The position numbers were made by a program, and so were the translations under genes. A stretch of DNA of 64,000 nucleotides from Fonticula alba ATCC 38817 (taxonomy: Eukaryota > Protista > Nucleariida): NCBI GenBank assembly GCA_000388065.2, contig KB932209.1. One strand, 5' to 3'. How positions within the stretch are numbered: position 1 is the first letter of the stretch; every line of letters begins with the position of its first letter. Below the pieces are notes generated by a model. It was not told the DNA's origin, made no database searches, and saw nothing but the letters and a program-made list of their open reading frames with translations. Below, in pieces: positions 39,442 through 51,778 of this stretch.

Positions 39442-40033
39442 GGCCAGCCTTTGGCTGGTCATGTGTGTCCCCCTGCCAGGTCCTGGCCTCACGGCCGTGA
39501 ACAAGCCGGTGAATGCATCGGCCCGGCCCGCCCTCCCGTGAGTCATCCTCCAGCGTCGGGTGACAATGTGCGAACCCCCCACCTCGGATCCAAGTCGACC
39601 GAGGTCTGGTCCCACTGACCTCGGCCCCCGGGCGAGCCGGCATCCGTGTGTCCCTGCACTAAGGAAGGGGTGCCTCCGCCGGAGCTTCGGCGCCAGGGCG
39701 CACAGCAGCAGGCAGCGGGGCCGGGGGAATATCCATGCACTTGCTCTCGGGGTTCCCCCCTTCGCGGCCCTCTGCACCTGCACCAAGGGCCTGGCGGCCG
39801 TTGTGTGCCTCCGACCCGGCCTGTGGGGCCCTTCCACGCAGACCCGGGCCCGGTCCCGGTCGATCAAATGCCGTGGCTGGCCTCCGGATCGGCCTACCCC
39901 CCCGGGCCTTCTTCGGGACCTGTCCCAGCGCGCCCCTTGGCCTCCTGCCATTGCCCCTCCAGATAGCTCTCCATCAAGCGCCCACCCCCTCGCCCACGCC
40001 TTCCCTCCCCTCGCCCGCCCTCCTCCCTCCTAT

Positions 40034-41630
40034 ATGCTCCATCCCTTGCGCCTTTTCCGCGCCTCCCCCCATCTTCGCCACTTCTCGACCATGGCCGCCC
40101 CTGCCCGCACCTTTGACGCCCTTGTGGTGGGCGCCGGCCCTGCCGGTGCTGCTGCCGTTGGCAACCTTCTCGAGTCCGGCGCCACCCAGGTTGCCTGGGT
40201 GGACCCGCTCTTCACCGGCGGCCGCATCCCCCTGGAGTACAATGAGGTTCCCAGGTGCGTGGCCCCCCCCCCCCCCCCTCCCCTCCCCTCCCCTCCGCTT
40301 CCCGTGGCTCCCCTGTCAGGTGCCAGGCCATCGGCTCTTCTCTGACCTCCCCCCTCTCCTCCCCCCCCTTCCTCTCCACACACGCACGCGCAGCAACACC
40401 AAGGTCACCTTCTTTGTGCAGTACGCCACCGGAGTGCAGCCCTTCCGCGATGTGATCGCTCAAGCGGCCAGCAAGGGCGAGAACGCCTTCTCCAAGCTCG
40501 AGGCCATGGATCAGAACACCGGGTGCGAGCTGTCGCATGCCGGCGAGCTGGTCCGCTTCCTGACCGACGGCCTGCGCGAGCGCGACGATGTCAGCCCGAT
40601 CTTTGGCTCGGTCGAGAAGCTGGCCTTCGACGCCGAGGTACGCCGAAGCATGCCTGGACCCGGATGCCGAGGCTCCACAGGGGCAAGGGCAGCCGACCCC
40701 GCATCCAACACCCGCCCCCGGCCTCCCCCAACCCCGCAGGGTATCCAAGAATCTGACCCTCCCCCGCCCCCCCCGTACACACACGCCTGTTAGACCAACA
40801 CCTGGTCTGCCTCCGTGACGGGGAAGAATGGCCCGGCCTCCATCGCGGCCGAGCGTGTGGTCCTGGCGTCGGGATCGCATCCGCTGTCGCTGCCGGCCTT
40901 CAGCGCGGCGCACCCCGAGCTGCGGGAGATTCCCCTGGACATCTCCCTGTCTCCCTCCAAGCTGACCTCCTTCGTCGGGCCGGAGGACGTGGTGGCCGTC
41001 ATTGGGTCCTCGCACTCGGCCGTGCTGGCCGTGCGCAACCTCATGCACGCCAACGTCAAGGAGGTCCGGAACTATTTCCGGTCGCCGCTGCGCTACGCCC
41101 AGTTCATGGACGGGTGGATTCGCCGTGACAACACCGGTCTCAAGGGCGAGGCCGCCATCTGGGCCCAGCAGAACCTGGATGCCGCCAACTGGCGCAAGCA
41201 TGCCAACCTGTCCCGTGTGTGCCTCACCCCTGGGGCCGATGTCGATGAGGACGGCATGATCCACAACAATGTGGTGGAGGACCGCTCGGCCACCACCCCG
41301 GACCTGGCCCACGAGCAGGCCATCTACGCGGAGACCCTGCGCGATGTGACCAAGATCGTCTTCGCGGTGGGCTTCGCTCGGAACTCCCTGCCGGAGCTGG
41401 TGGACGCCGCCTCCGGCCAGGCATTCACCGACCTGGACTTCGACCACAAGACCGGCACCTTCCGCGCCGTGCCGCGCCTCTATGGCTGTGGCATTGCCTT
41501 CCCCCAGGAGGTCACCGATCCGGATGGCCGGACCGAGCACGCCGTGGGCTTCTTCAAGTTCATGCGCTTCCTGCGCGCCGTCACCCCGACCTGGGTGAAC
41601 GACAAGCCGGTGGCCGAGGAGAAGAAGTAA
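40034..41630 (+). CDS. FAD-dependent pyridine nucleotide-disulfide oxidoreductase-like protein with predicted mitochondrial presequence; exons 40034-40254, 40394-40637, 40794-41630
   Basis: MLHPLRLFRASPHLRHFST presequence, DALVVGAGPAG (Rossmann GxGxxG), EVPSNTKV, VVLASGS, VAVIGSSHSA, VFAVGF, LYGCGIAFP. Confidence 0.8.
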
Positions 41631-42528
41631 GCGCCTGCATGTGTCACGCGCGCACACGCGTCGCGCGTTGCTGCATGTGTGTACGCTCGCGCGCGTGTGT
41701 GTGTGTGTGCACATTTGCCGCTCGATGGCGCCGGCCCCTGTCCTTCTGTTGCCACTTTTCTCTGTCCTTCTCTCTTTCTCGCGCGCGCGCGCACCCTCCA
41801 GCATCCTATCTCCTTTTCATGTGCCCTCTGTGTCTGCTGCTCCCATTGCGATATGCATGTGCTCGCACACACGCACACACCACATATACACAGATACCCA
41901 TCCATCCATCGATACACAGCTGGCGGTTGCCACGCGAGTAAACCGTCGTCCCTCTTACCTCTGCCTGGCGAGCAGACACATGGGTGCACCGCAGCACGGC
42001 CAAACCATCAGCCGGGTGTTTTCCCCTCTCCCCCCCCACCCCCCCCCCCCACACACACACACACACACAATCCATTCGACAAGGCGGGCTGTCCAAGGGG
42101 TCCTCACCGCAGCCCATCCGCCGCCTGGAGATGGGTATCATCCCAACCGGGCGCCTGAATGTGCATTCCTCGCCCCCCTCCCCCCCCCCTGGGAGTAGGG
42201 GGAACATGTGCGTGAATGTGGAAAAAAAAAAAAAAGCCGCGCAAGGGGAGGGGGAAAAGAAGGCCAGAGGCGCGGACACAGGCAAGTTCGTTTCGCTGTC
42301 TATCTATTTTGTGGGTTTCTGGTTTTCGGTTCTTGTCCGCCGGGAGGTCCCCGCCCCGCGGGGGGGGATCGGGGCGGGCCTGCCACCGGCGGACGATGTC
42401 TCGGTGGGCGGAGACACGCCCTTGCGCCCGGGCGCCTGGGCATTCTCTCTCACACACACACCGCGCGCGCGCGCGCACACGTCCTGTCTCACACCCGTGT
42501 GGTGTCCTTTCGGGCCCACTGGTCCCCT

Positions 42529-44019
42529 TCAGGCGAAGAGCACCCGGCAGGTGGGTGACCCGATGGCGGGCATGTCCTCCTGGGCGGCCACCGAGGTGGC
42601 GCTGTCGCTCTCGGCGGCAAGGGCAGCCGCCGGGGCACTAGTCGGCCCGGCGGGGGCGACCATGCAAGTGGGACTGGGCGAGGCGGTGGGGTCGGCCGCC
42701 TTCTCCGGGCAATGGCGCTTCCGAGAGAAGACCACCACGGTGGAGTCGTCGCGGCGGGAGTCGGCCCGGGCTGGGGTCCGGGGCCCGGGGCCCACGGCCA
42801 CCGCGGTTTCGGCCAGCACGGCGGCCGGGTTCAGCTGCTCCACCGGCTTGCGCTTGGTGGAAGTGGCGGCCGAGGTGGGGCTGGTCAAGCCGGCGACCGC
42901 CGGGACCGGGCGCGACGGGGCCGCACGCTGGCGCTGCTCGATGTCGGCCAGCTGCTGGAGGTAGTGCGGCGGGGCCTCGGGCCCGGGGTGGCTGGGGCCG
43001 GCGGCCATCGGGGCCGGGGCCGGGGCCGGGGCCGGGGCCGGGGCGGCCGCCGGAGCTGGGGCTGTCTGGGCCCCGACACGGATCTGCAGGTGCCCGCTCT
43101 CGAGCAGCGCCCGGATGGCGTTGCTCTGGGCCTGGACCGTGGCGAAGACCACGCGCAGGGACTCCGCACAATCGGGCAGGTCCTCCGGCTGCTGGAAGTG
43201 CTCGAGAGCCGCGATGACCCAGTCCCGGGCCGAGAAGAAGCCCTTGGAATCCAGGAAGAGCCGGTCGCTCCGAGGCAGGGCCGTGTGGTGGTGGGGGTGG
43301 GGGCCTGAGGGGTCCGGCATCTCGCCGGGACACTCGGTGTCCAGGTCCAGGACGATGAGATTGCCATGGTCGATCGGATGGCCCGGAGAAGCATGGCCGG
43401 GAGTTTGGCGCTGCGGCCCCGGGGCAATCAGCAGGGCCTTGCAGAGGGCCCGAGCGGGGCTGCTCAGGAGCCCGGCACGCCGGGCCACGGCCAGCCGACC
43501 GAGAGCCGCGGCACGAGTCACCCCCACGCCGAAGGGGCTGATGGACATGCCGATCTGCATGTTGGCGGTGTAGGGCGGGGGCGGGGTCCGGGGGGTGGGC
43601 TGGGCCGAGGCCACCGGGGTCCGGTAGGCCGGCTTGCCCGGGGCATTGACCATGCTGGCCGGGTACTGGCCCCCGGTCGGGGGCGCCTGGCTGGAGGGCA
43701 TGGCAGGCCCGGGGGCATTTTGGAAGAGCACGCGGGCAACACCATCGGGGGAGGCCGGGCGCGAGACGGCGCCATGCGGCCCGGCGGCCAGGACCCGCTC
43801 CGAGTGCCGGGGCATGCTGGCATAGGTCAGGGCACGGGGGGCGGTCGGGGTGGTGGGAGCCTGCGAGGGGGGGACCTGCTCGGAGGGGGTGAATGCCGGA
43901 TCGCCCATCGGCATGAGGCACACATCGGCGCCCATCGGACGGGCCTGGCCGGAGGGGCTCTCAGGGTAGACGTCAGCCGAGGCAGAGTGTGGCCGAGCGG
44001 GAGTGGTGGTCGGGAACAT
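42529..44019 (-). CDS. Hypothetical Pro/Ala-rich protein with a central ordered segment; 5' end uncertain because of an adjacent N gap
   Basis: Uninterrupted ~1.5 kb ORF with the GC3-biased codons seen in neighbouring genes; no family motif recognised. Confidence 0.6.
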   Translation of the reverse strand: MFPTTTPARPHSASADVYPESPSGQARPMGADVCLMPMGDPAFTPSEQVPPSQAPTTPTAPRALTYASMPRHSERVLAAGPHGAVSRPASPDGVARVLFQNAPGPAMPSSQAPPTGGQYPASMVNAPGKPAYRTPVASAQPTPRTPPPPYTANMQIGMSISPFGVGVTRAAALGRLAVARRAGLLSSPARALCKALLIAPGPQRQTPGHASPGHPIDHGNLIVLDLDTECPGEMPDPSGPHPHHHTALPRSDRLFLDSKGFFSARDWVIAALEHFQQPEDLPDCAESLRVVFATVQAQSNAIRALLESGHLQIRVGAQTAPAPAAAPAPAPAPAPAPMAAGPSHPGPEAPPHYLQQLADIEQRQRAAPSRPVPAVAGLTSPTSAATSTKRKPVEQLNPAAVLAETAVAVGPGPRTPARADSRRDDSTVVVFSRKRHCPEKAADPTASPSPTCMVAPAGPTSAPAAALAAESDSATSVAAQEDMPAIGSPTCRVLFA

Positions 44020-44574
44020 GGCTGGTGTTGGAGCGGCAGGAGGCGAGGAGGTGCACAACACGCGGAGAAACTCGGCTCAGGCAAGCGGGGAGAGACCCAT
44101 GGAGAATGGGCATGGAGTGGGAGGAGCTGGTGATTGAGGATAAGTGGGCCACCGTGGGACCGGCGANNNNNNNNNNNNNNNNNNNNNNNNNNNNNNNNNN
44201 NNNNNNNNNNNNNNNNNNNNNNNNNNNNNNNNNNNNNNNNNNNNNNNNNNNNNNNNNNNNNNNNNNNNNNNNNNNNNNNNNNNNNNNNNNNNNNNNNNNN
44301 NNNNNNNNNNNNNNNNNNNNNNNNNNNNNNNNNNNNNNNNNNNNNNNNNNNNNNNNNNNNNNNNNNNNNNNNNNNNNNNNNNNNNNNNNNNNNNNNNNNN
44401 NNNNNNNNNNNNNNNNNNNNNNNNNNNNNNNNNNNNNNNNNNNNNNNNNNNNNNNNNNNNNNNNNNNNNNNNNNNNNNNNNNNNNNNNNNNNNNNNNNNN
44501 NNNNNTCCGCCCAAGCCGCCTCCGCTGCCCGTCCCCTTCACCAGCACGCCAGACGCCCTGGTGGTACCTTGCCC

Positions 44575-44606
<32 letters not shown>

Positions 44607-46480
44607 GCCCCCCCCGACCCCCCCCCCCCCCCCCCCCCCCCCCCCGCTCCCCTATCTGGACATGAGACATGAGCAACACTCACATCCCGGGGATGGGTAT
44701 TCACACTGGCGGCAACGCCTGAGGTTGAAAGAAATGATGGTGGAGACTGGGGGGGGGGGGGCACAAACGACGCGCTCGAAGGAGGCAGGGGGGAAATGAA
44801 AGTCCAGGCCGGGCCGCGGGCGACGAAGGGGCGGGGGAGGGGGGTCGCATCGCTCCTTGCAACCAACATAGCAGCTGGGCTCCGTCTCCTCCGCTCCCGC
44901 TCCCTCCCTTCCCTCCTTTGCTTAGCCTCGGGCTCGGAGTGCGGCCGCCCAGCTCCTCTGCTCCTAGCCATCCCCGGGGGGGGGGGGGGAGCGAGAGAGC
45001 AAGGGGGGACGAGGATGCGTGAGGGGGCGAGAGGCGGGGGGGGGTCCAATGAAAGGTCCGTTCAACGTCTCCCCGCCGGCCGTCCGCCCCGGGGGGACGC
45101 GCCCTTGACACCCCCGGCAGAGGGGGGCGCGCCGGGGCCCAAGACCGCCGCGCGTCTTTGTTGTGAGAGAGAGAGACCCAGAATCGGCGGGATGGACGTT
45201 GTCCAAAAACGCTCGGGGGTGCTGGCACACCGAGGCCGCCCAGTGCCTGGAGACGCGTCTCGCCTTCCCGGCGGCGCCCCAGGGACGCGGGGCGAATTAA
45301 AAGATCCAACCCGCGGGGCGGCGGCCGAGCGGCCGGGGCCCACCTATTCGCCCGTCTCTCAAGCCCGAGACGTGGAAAGCATGTCCGCCATGAATCATGG
45401 CGTCGATCTCCCGTTGGCATATGGGTTCGTTGGCATGTGGCGTCGGCGCCCCCCACAATCGCCGCTCCGGCGCGCATTTGCGCCTCGGTGTGTCGGGCGG
45501 CGGCCGCGGCCGCGGCGGCGGCCGCGAAGGCAGGTGGATGGCGCTGTTTGTGTCCGGAAGGCTTAACACTTCAGTATGCTGCTTCTGCGCCCGGGGGGGG
45601 GTGGGGAGACGCAAAAGTCGCCGCTGCGCAGGCCGGCCCGGGTCGCCCTTCCCGGTTGGGCAGGTAGCACCCCCTGGGGCCTGGAAGGCTGGCAGAGCAT
45701 AGCAAGGGCCTCTGTTGCCTCAGTCCGGTGGCAATAATCCTGGACGAGAAATGAAAATCCGAATAAATATTGGGTCTTTTCCCGTGCCCCCCGCGCTCCG
45801 GGCTCGATTCTCGGGCCCTGCCCCAGGCCCTGCCCCGGGGCCCCCTGGATGTGTGGTTGGTCCCCGTGTAAGTGCTTGTTGGGTGTCTCTCTCTCTCTCT
45901 CTCTCCCTCTAGGCTCTCGGAGTGCTGCGGTGTCCTTCTTGTGTGATGGGTGGGATGTGCCCGGCTGTGTCCTTTTTTGAGCCATCCTCCGGACCATCCG
46001 GAGCCCTGCCGGGGACCACCACTCCGGGGGGATGTTCGCCGCCGGAACTCCGCACGCATGGCTGGGGGATCCGCCGATGGGGCTTAACGCCGTTTCCTGG
46101 CGTGTCAACCTGGGGAAGGAGCGAGCCCCGACCGACGTCCCGGTGCTCCTGGTGAACAGGGGGGGGGGGGGCCTCCCCCATTTTGCCCATTGTTCCCCTC
46201 GGCCGCTACATCTCGCAAGCCGGGGAGTGTGGGCCGGCTGGGCTGGGACAGGCTGGGGGGCTCACCTCCCAACCAAGTTCACAATGGGCCCTCTTCTGAC
46301 CCCCCCCCCCCCCCCTGCATCCCCCAAGCAATGTTGTGCCTCTCATGCCTGTGCGTCCGTGGCCGCCTTCCCGGGCGACGCATGTCAAAGGGGCCAACTT
46401 GAAGTCAGGGCGGAGGGAACTCAATCTAAGGAGGCCTATTTGCCCAATCAAACCATCACTCTCATGGCATTGCGTATATG

Positions 46481-46518
<38 letters not shown>

Positions 46519-46844
46519 GGGGACATGTTCACAGGCATACTCACACTCACACACAAGGTCTGCAGATAGACGCAGATGAGGGGGTCCTCTATTTGCCGGA
46601 AGCTGCCTCATCGACGCGCGGCAGCCGAGTTGGGGAAGAAAAAAAAATGAAAGAGAGATAGACGCCGAGTCTGCTGGCAGCATCCCCAAGTGCCGCCCCA
46701 CGGACACCCTGGCCTCTGGCTCACATTCCACGGAGGGAGTAAAGCGAGGTCGGGCGGGCCCGGCTGGGCCCGGCCCAGGCCGAGCCCAGCCAGGTGGCAT
46801 ACCCTCAGCAACAAGGATACCAGACGTCATGTCTCGTCGATCTC

Positions 46845-48070
46845 CCTCACTGTGTCTTGGACGAAGGGAGGAAGCGGTTGATCCAGGGGCCAATAAGGGA
46901 GGCTTCGACACCGGGAGAGAGGGGGGCGGGGGGTGGGGGGGGGGAGGGGAGGGGGGAAGAGCGGGCGTAGCTCGTATGAGAGGCGAGGGCATGGGAGGCA
47001 GGCAGGCGGTATCAAAGGCACGAGGAGATAGGTACCGATCTCGTAGGGGTGCTCCATCTGCATGAAATGCGAGTAGCGCCTGTCGTCGATCAGGCAAAGG
47101 TTGACATCGGGCTCGGGCTCCGACCGAGAAGACCGCAGCATGTCGACCAGGAGCTCGGCATATGCCCGTGGGCTGAAGCGCCGGGAAGGCAGGGGGTAGT
47201 GTGGCAAATACGCATATACGTGTCAGTGCGACAGGAAAAGAAAAGAAAAAACCCCACACCAGGAGGGGCGAAAAGAGGGAAAAGGGGAGGAGGGACGGGG
47301 CCGAGAGCGGGGCGAGCAATGGCCAGCCGGACGAACTAGATGTTGGACCCGGTGGAGAAGAGCATCATCATGGGCCGGGTGAGACCCTTGACATGGGGGA
47401 AGAGTTCGATGCCGGAGTGCACGCCATGATAGGTGGACGATTCGCTGGTCTTGCCGCACTTGAGGGTAACGCCCATCCCGGCGTCGGGGCCGGAGATCGC
47501 CGAAGAGGTGGGCCCCTCGGCGATCGGGCACGTGCCATGGGTGGCAAAGAGCCGAGTGGTGTCCGCGTCGAACTCCCGGAAGAGTGCCTTTCCTTGGAAG
47601 TACTCCATGGTGGCGTCACTTTGCACAGGGAGCAGGGGAAGCGGACCGGAGGAGGGGGGAAGCGTTGTCAGCCGAAAGCATGGGTAGTGCAAGGGGAAAC
47701 CACATAGGGGGCCGGAGGGGGCGCCAGGGAAAGGGAGGGCGGGTGGGGTGGGGTGGGGGGGGGGGGGGGGGGGGCGGCATGAGCGACGCACGGGGATTCG
47801 AAGTCGGTCCGACGCCGGATGGCCACCTCCTCGAGACCGCCGTAGGACAAACCGCGGACTATGCGGCCGAGGTCGCCGTTGACGAGGGCCTGCGACGTCG
47901 GGGCCAGCTTGGCCACCTGGGCGTCGTCGAGGCCGAGCCGCGGGGCCGCCAGATCTGGCACCAGGATCGGCTCGATGCACACGAGCCCATCAACGAGGTC
48001 CGGCCGGAGATAGTCGATGACCATGCTGCGTGGAATTGTCAGGTGGGGAAGAAGGCGCGCGCATACACCC

Positions 48071-48102
<32 letters not shown>

Positions 48103-49177
48103 AAGGGAGAGATAAAGGGAGATCCGTGGTCGGAAGGGGGTTAATGAGCGTGCGAAATGGGTCAGTGGAGCGCTGGAGAATGGACGAGGCCGGCCGACAG
48201 GAGCAGCAGTGCCCGCAAGAGCAACAGTGCCCGCAGGAGCAACAGTGCCCGCAGGAGCAACAGTGCCCGCAGAAACAGCAATCCCATGCACGTGCAACAG
48301 CAAGGACGCCACCCTTCCCCATGGTGAGGGTCTGCGCCCAGCGCGAGCACACGTACGAGACAAACCCCCCAAAGGAGTGCCCCACGAGCACGGTCTTGCC
48401 GGCGCCGGGGTTCTGCCGGCGATCGGCCTCCAGCAGGTCGATCACATCCAGCGCGTGGACGGCCCAACTGTCGACGAAGTCCGCCACGCGACTTGGCTCC
48501 GGGATCAGGCGATTGGGACCGCGGCTCGGCCATGCGGTTGGCAAGTCGGCCACCGGTGCCTCCAGGAGGGCCCGGTTGAGCACGGCACTCGACCCATGGT
48601 TCCGAAGGTCCACCAGCATGTGCCGCCAAGGGGACACATCGGCCGCCGGGTGCTCAGCCAGGGCAGGCTCCGGCCCCGGGAGCTCCGGCATGAGGAAGAC
48701 GCCTGGCGTGGAGAGGGCCTGGCCGAGGTGCCGGAAATCCGGCTGCCCGATGGTCTGGCGGGGATCCTGGGCCGCCAGATGCCGGGCCAGCGGAATCATG
48801 GACTCCTTGTGGAAGCCAGTGCAGTGGATGAACACCAGTCGATGGTCGCCATCGGATTCGGCCGCCACAGCCGGCTTGCGAACCGCATAGCACAGCCGGC
48901 CCTGGAGCTGGTCGGCCGCCGGGTTGGCAGGCGCCACAGGGACCCGACCACGCAGAGCCGCCACCCCGCCGGCATACGCCTCCGGCCGGGGCCAGCGGAT
49001 GGGGACCGACTCCTCCGGGCCCAGGCGATCCATGTACTGCTGGGTGCCTGGTGACAGGCCGGCCGTCGGGCCGGGGAAGCCCCCGGCTGCCGTTGGCGCC
49101 AGCGAGGAGAAGCCACGCGCCGGGGTGGCGCTGGCGACCACCGATCGAAGGGAACGCAGCGATGTCGAGAGTCTCAT
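46845..49177 (-). CDS. Alpha/beta hydrolase fold protein (resembles fungal Lpx1/MpaH-like hydrolases) with mitochondrial-type presequence; exons 49177-48357, 48025-47792, 47618-47337, 47172-47036, 46902-46845
   Basis: LVFIHCTGFHKE, LVDLRNHGSSAVLN, VLVGHSFGG (nucleophile elbow), LVCIEPIL, RRRTDFES, YSHFMQMEHP (candidate catalytic His). Splicing restores the frame through five exons. Confidence 0.8.
48201..48272. repeat. 18-nt minisatellite x4 in hydrolase intron 1 (QEQQCP on +, CGHCCS on -)
   Basis: Unit gagca(a/g)cagtgcccgca(g/a) is repeated four times. Confidence 0.95.
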
Positions 49178-50020
49178 CTGCCGAGGAGGGGGGAGGACGA
49201 AAGGAAGAGGGAGAAAAAAAAAACGAACAAAACCCCCCGGGAAGGCAAGTCACCGAGGCAACGCGGGGCAGGAGCAGGAGCAAAGGCAGGGGAGGAACTT
49301 TGGACGAATGCCCCGTGGCAGCGTGGACTCGCACCCGCGGCCCCAAGTACCGGGGGCAGCCTGAACCGGCAGGCAGGCAGGCAGGCAGGCAGGAAGGCGG
49401 CGGGGAGGGGGGGGGGGGGGGGGAGACAGGAAGGAGTGCCCGGCGGGGGAGGGAGGGTTCCTCGGCGCCGGGAAGCGACGCGGCAAACGCAAGACACCAC
49501 GCCCAACAAAAGCAGATCTCAAGNNNNNNNNNNNNNNNNNNNNNNNNNNNNNNNNNNNNNNNNNNNNNNNNNNGGGGGAGGGAGGGTTCCTCGGCGCCGC
49601 GAAGCGAGCCGGCAAACACAAGACACCACGCCCAACAAAAGCAGATCTCAAGTCAGGGACCGGACGCGCTGAGGGGCGCGGAGCACCATCGAGGGCCAGA
49701 GCCGGATGGCTGGCCATCTGGGCGATCGGGCGTGCGTATTCACACGTGACTGATAGAATCATCGTGACCCTCCGTTTCCCAGCTGAATTGGCCGCCGCCT
49801 TTTCAGCGGGCGACTTTCCAGGCTCGATCGCTTGGCGGGGAGGCTTTCACACATTCCCCCGCTGCACCCTCCCCCTTCTGTCTCCCTCTCTCCCTCTCTC
49901 TGTCTCCCCCTCCTCCCGCCTTGGGCCTGATTTTTGCTCGCCGCCCCCGTCTCTTGCCCCCCCCCCTCCCCGTCCATCTCCCTCTGGCCTCCTCTTGCTG
50001 CCTGCCTCGGGCCGTGGAGC

Positions 50021-51531
50021 ATGTCTTTCCTCTGGCCGTTTGTCAGCCGGCCATACCTGACCCGGCGGCCGGCCTCGACGGCATCGCCATCGGCAGAGCG
50101 TCCCTCCGGCCCGGGCGTCGAGGGGACGAATGCTCGCACCTCATCGACGTCAGCCTCCGCGGCCCTGCCACCGGACCTGGTTGACCTAGTGTGCCGCTAT
50201 GCCGCAGATGGCTGTCTCGAGGACTGTACCATCAACCATACGCCGCACCTGGGGCAAAACCTCAACACGGCCAATGTCTCGCTCGACCTTTCGTCTGTGT
50301 ATGCCCCTGCTCTTGATTGAGTTGTACATCCTTCTGCCTTGCCATCTTTATCCCCCCTTTCGACCGCGTGCCCGATCCGCCCCCCCCCCTCCTTGGCGAT
50401 TGATTAACCCCCCACCTGGTGTTTCGGTTGCCCGGCAGAAACATCGCCTTCGACGAGGCGTCGCATGCGATTTTCTTCCTGTCCATCTGCTTTCTGGTGT
50501 ATGACCTGTTTGTCCAGCCGCTGCCGGCGAGACCGGCCGGCTGGGCATACGACTTCCCCCCGCACTTGCCGCGCTTCTGCACCCTGCGCGAGCTGGCGGC
50601 CCTGTCGCAGCTGCTCTACATTGCCAGCATCTGGATTGCCCGGCTCGGGGATTTCCGCCGGCTAGAGTACTTTGTCACCTCGCACTTCACGGTCCTTGTG
50701 CATACGCTCGTCTGGATGGGGGCTCTGTCGGTAAGAAGCGCACGCCCTGCCCTTTCCCTTCTCTCTCTCTCTCTCTCTCTCTCCCCATCCATCCCGTAGC
50801 GCTCAGTTGCCACCACGCCACTTGCCTCTGACCCGGCCAAATCCCCTTCCCCGCTCCCGGCTCCCAGTACCCGGGCGAGCCGCTGGTCGGCACGGCTACC
50901 CATGCCCCGGCAGGCCCCGGTGCCGGTTCCTTGGCTGACCTGTCGGCCTTCCTCAGCCTCGGAGCCTGGCGGACACGCGTGCGCCCGGTGCTCACATTCT
51001 ACGCGTGCTGCCTGACCCGCGTGCCGATGATCATCCTGGTGCAGCATGCCACCGGGGGGTTCCTTTGGAAGTTCCTCACTTGTGCCGTGAGGTCCGTTTG
51101 CATCCTAGCGCTCCTCCCGCCCCTCTTGCTCCCCTTGTCGTTGCTCTTTTTTTTTTTGCCGCTGTTCCATGCACCTCACTTCGCGCGCCCCCCCCCGGGA
51201 CACACGTAATCTCACCTGCTTCGCCTCTCTGCCTGGTCCCGATCATAGCCCCCTGCTGGCGGCCATGTACCAGCGCATGTTCCTTATCCCGGATTGGGCA
51301 CCGGAGCTGGTGCTGGTGCGAACTGGCGCCAGTGTCAGCCTGGGCGGCTTTCCGCCGGTGGTGAGCTCCTTGCTGCTCGGAACCCTGACCGGCGCGGTGT
51401 TTAGCTTGCTGCTCAGCCTCCCGCGGGCCATCTTCCTCGGGCCCATCTACTGGGAGGATTTCCTCCGTCGGGGATTCGTCCTGAAGCACGTCAACAAAGA
51501 CACCGTGGGTATCGGCCGAATCACCAGCTAG
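50021..51531 (+). CDS. Hypothetical multi-pass membrane protein; exons about 50021-50298, 50439-50730, 50868-51091, 51249-51531
   Basis: Three GT-AG introns with branch points join hydrophobic ORF segments (AIFFLSICFLVYDLF; LLYIASIWIA; FTVLVHTLVWMGAL; LLLGTLTGAVFSLLLSL) into one frame; no family recognised. Confidence 0.6.
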
Positions 51532-51778
51532 GGTGTGACTCTCCCTCTCGTCCGCCCTTCTTGCCTCGCCCCTCTGGGGTTTTCTCGAGCACACGTGTGT
51601 TGGACAGCGGCCCACTGGCACACGCCTCCAGACATGTGTCCACGCGGACGAGCGAGCGAGCGAGCGCGCACCCTCACTTTCTTTCCTCCCTTTCCCCTCT
51701 CTCTTCCCTATTCCTCACCCACACACCCACACACACACACACTGTTTGGACTCTCACTCTCAATACATCCTCCATAGA

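Noticed and set aside
44900-46800. Possible missed gene in the 1.9-kb spacer between the orphan and hydrolase genes
   Set aside because: No ORF with genic codon bias and no consistent donor/branch/acceptor chain found on either strand.
49445-49652. 79-nt near-identical duplication on both sides of a 50-N gap
   Set aside because: The pattern is typical of overlapping low-quality contig ends in a scaffold, not a biological tandem repeat.
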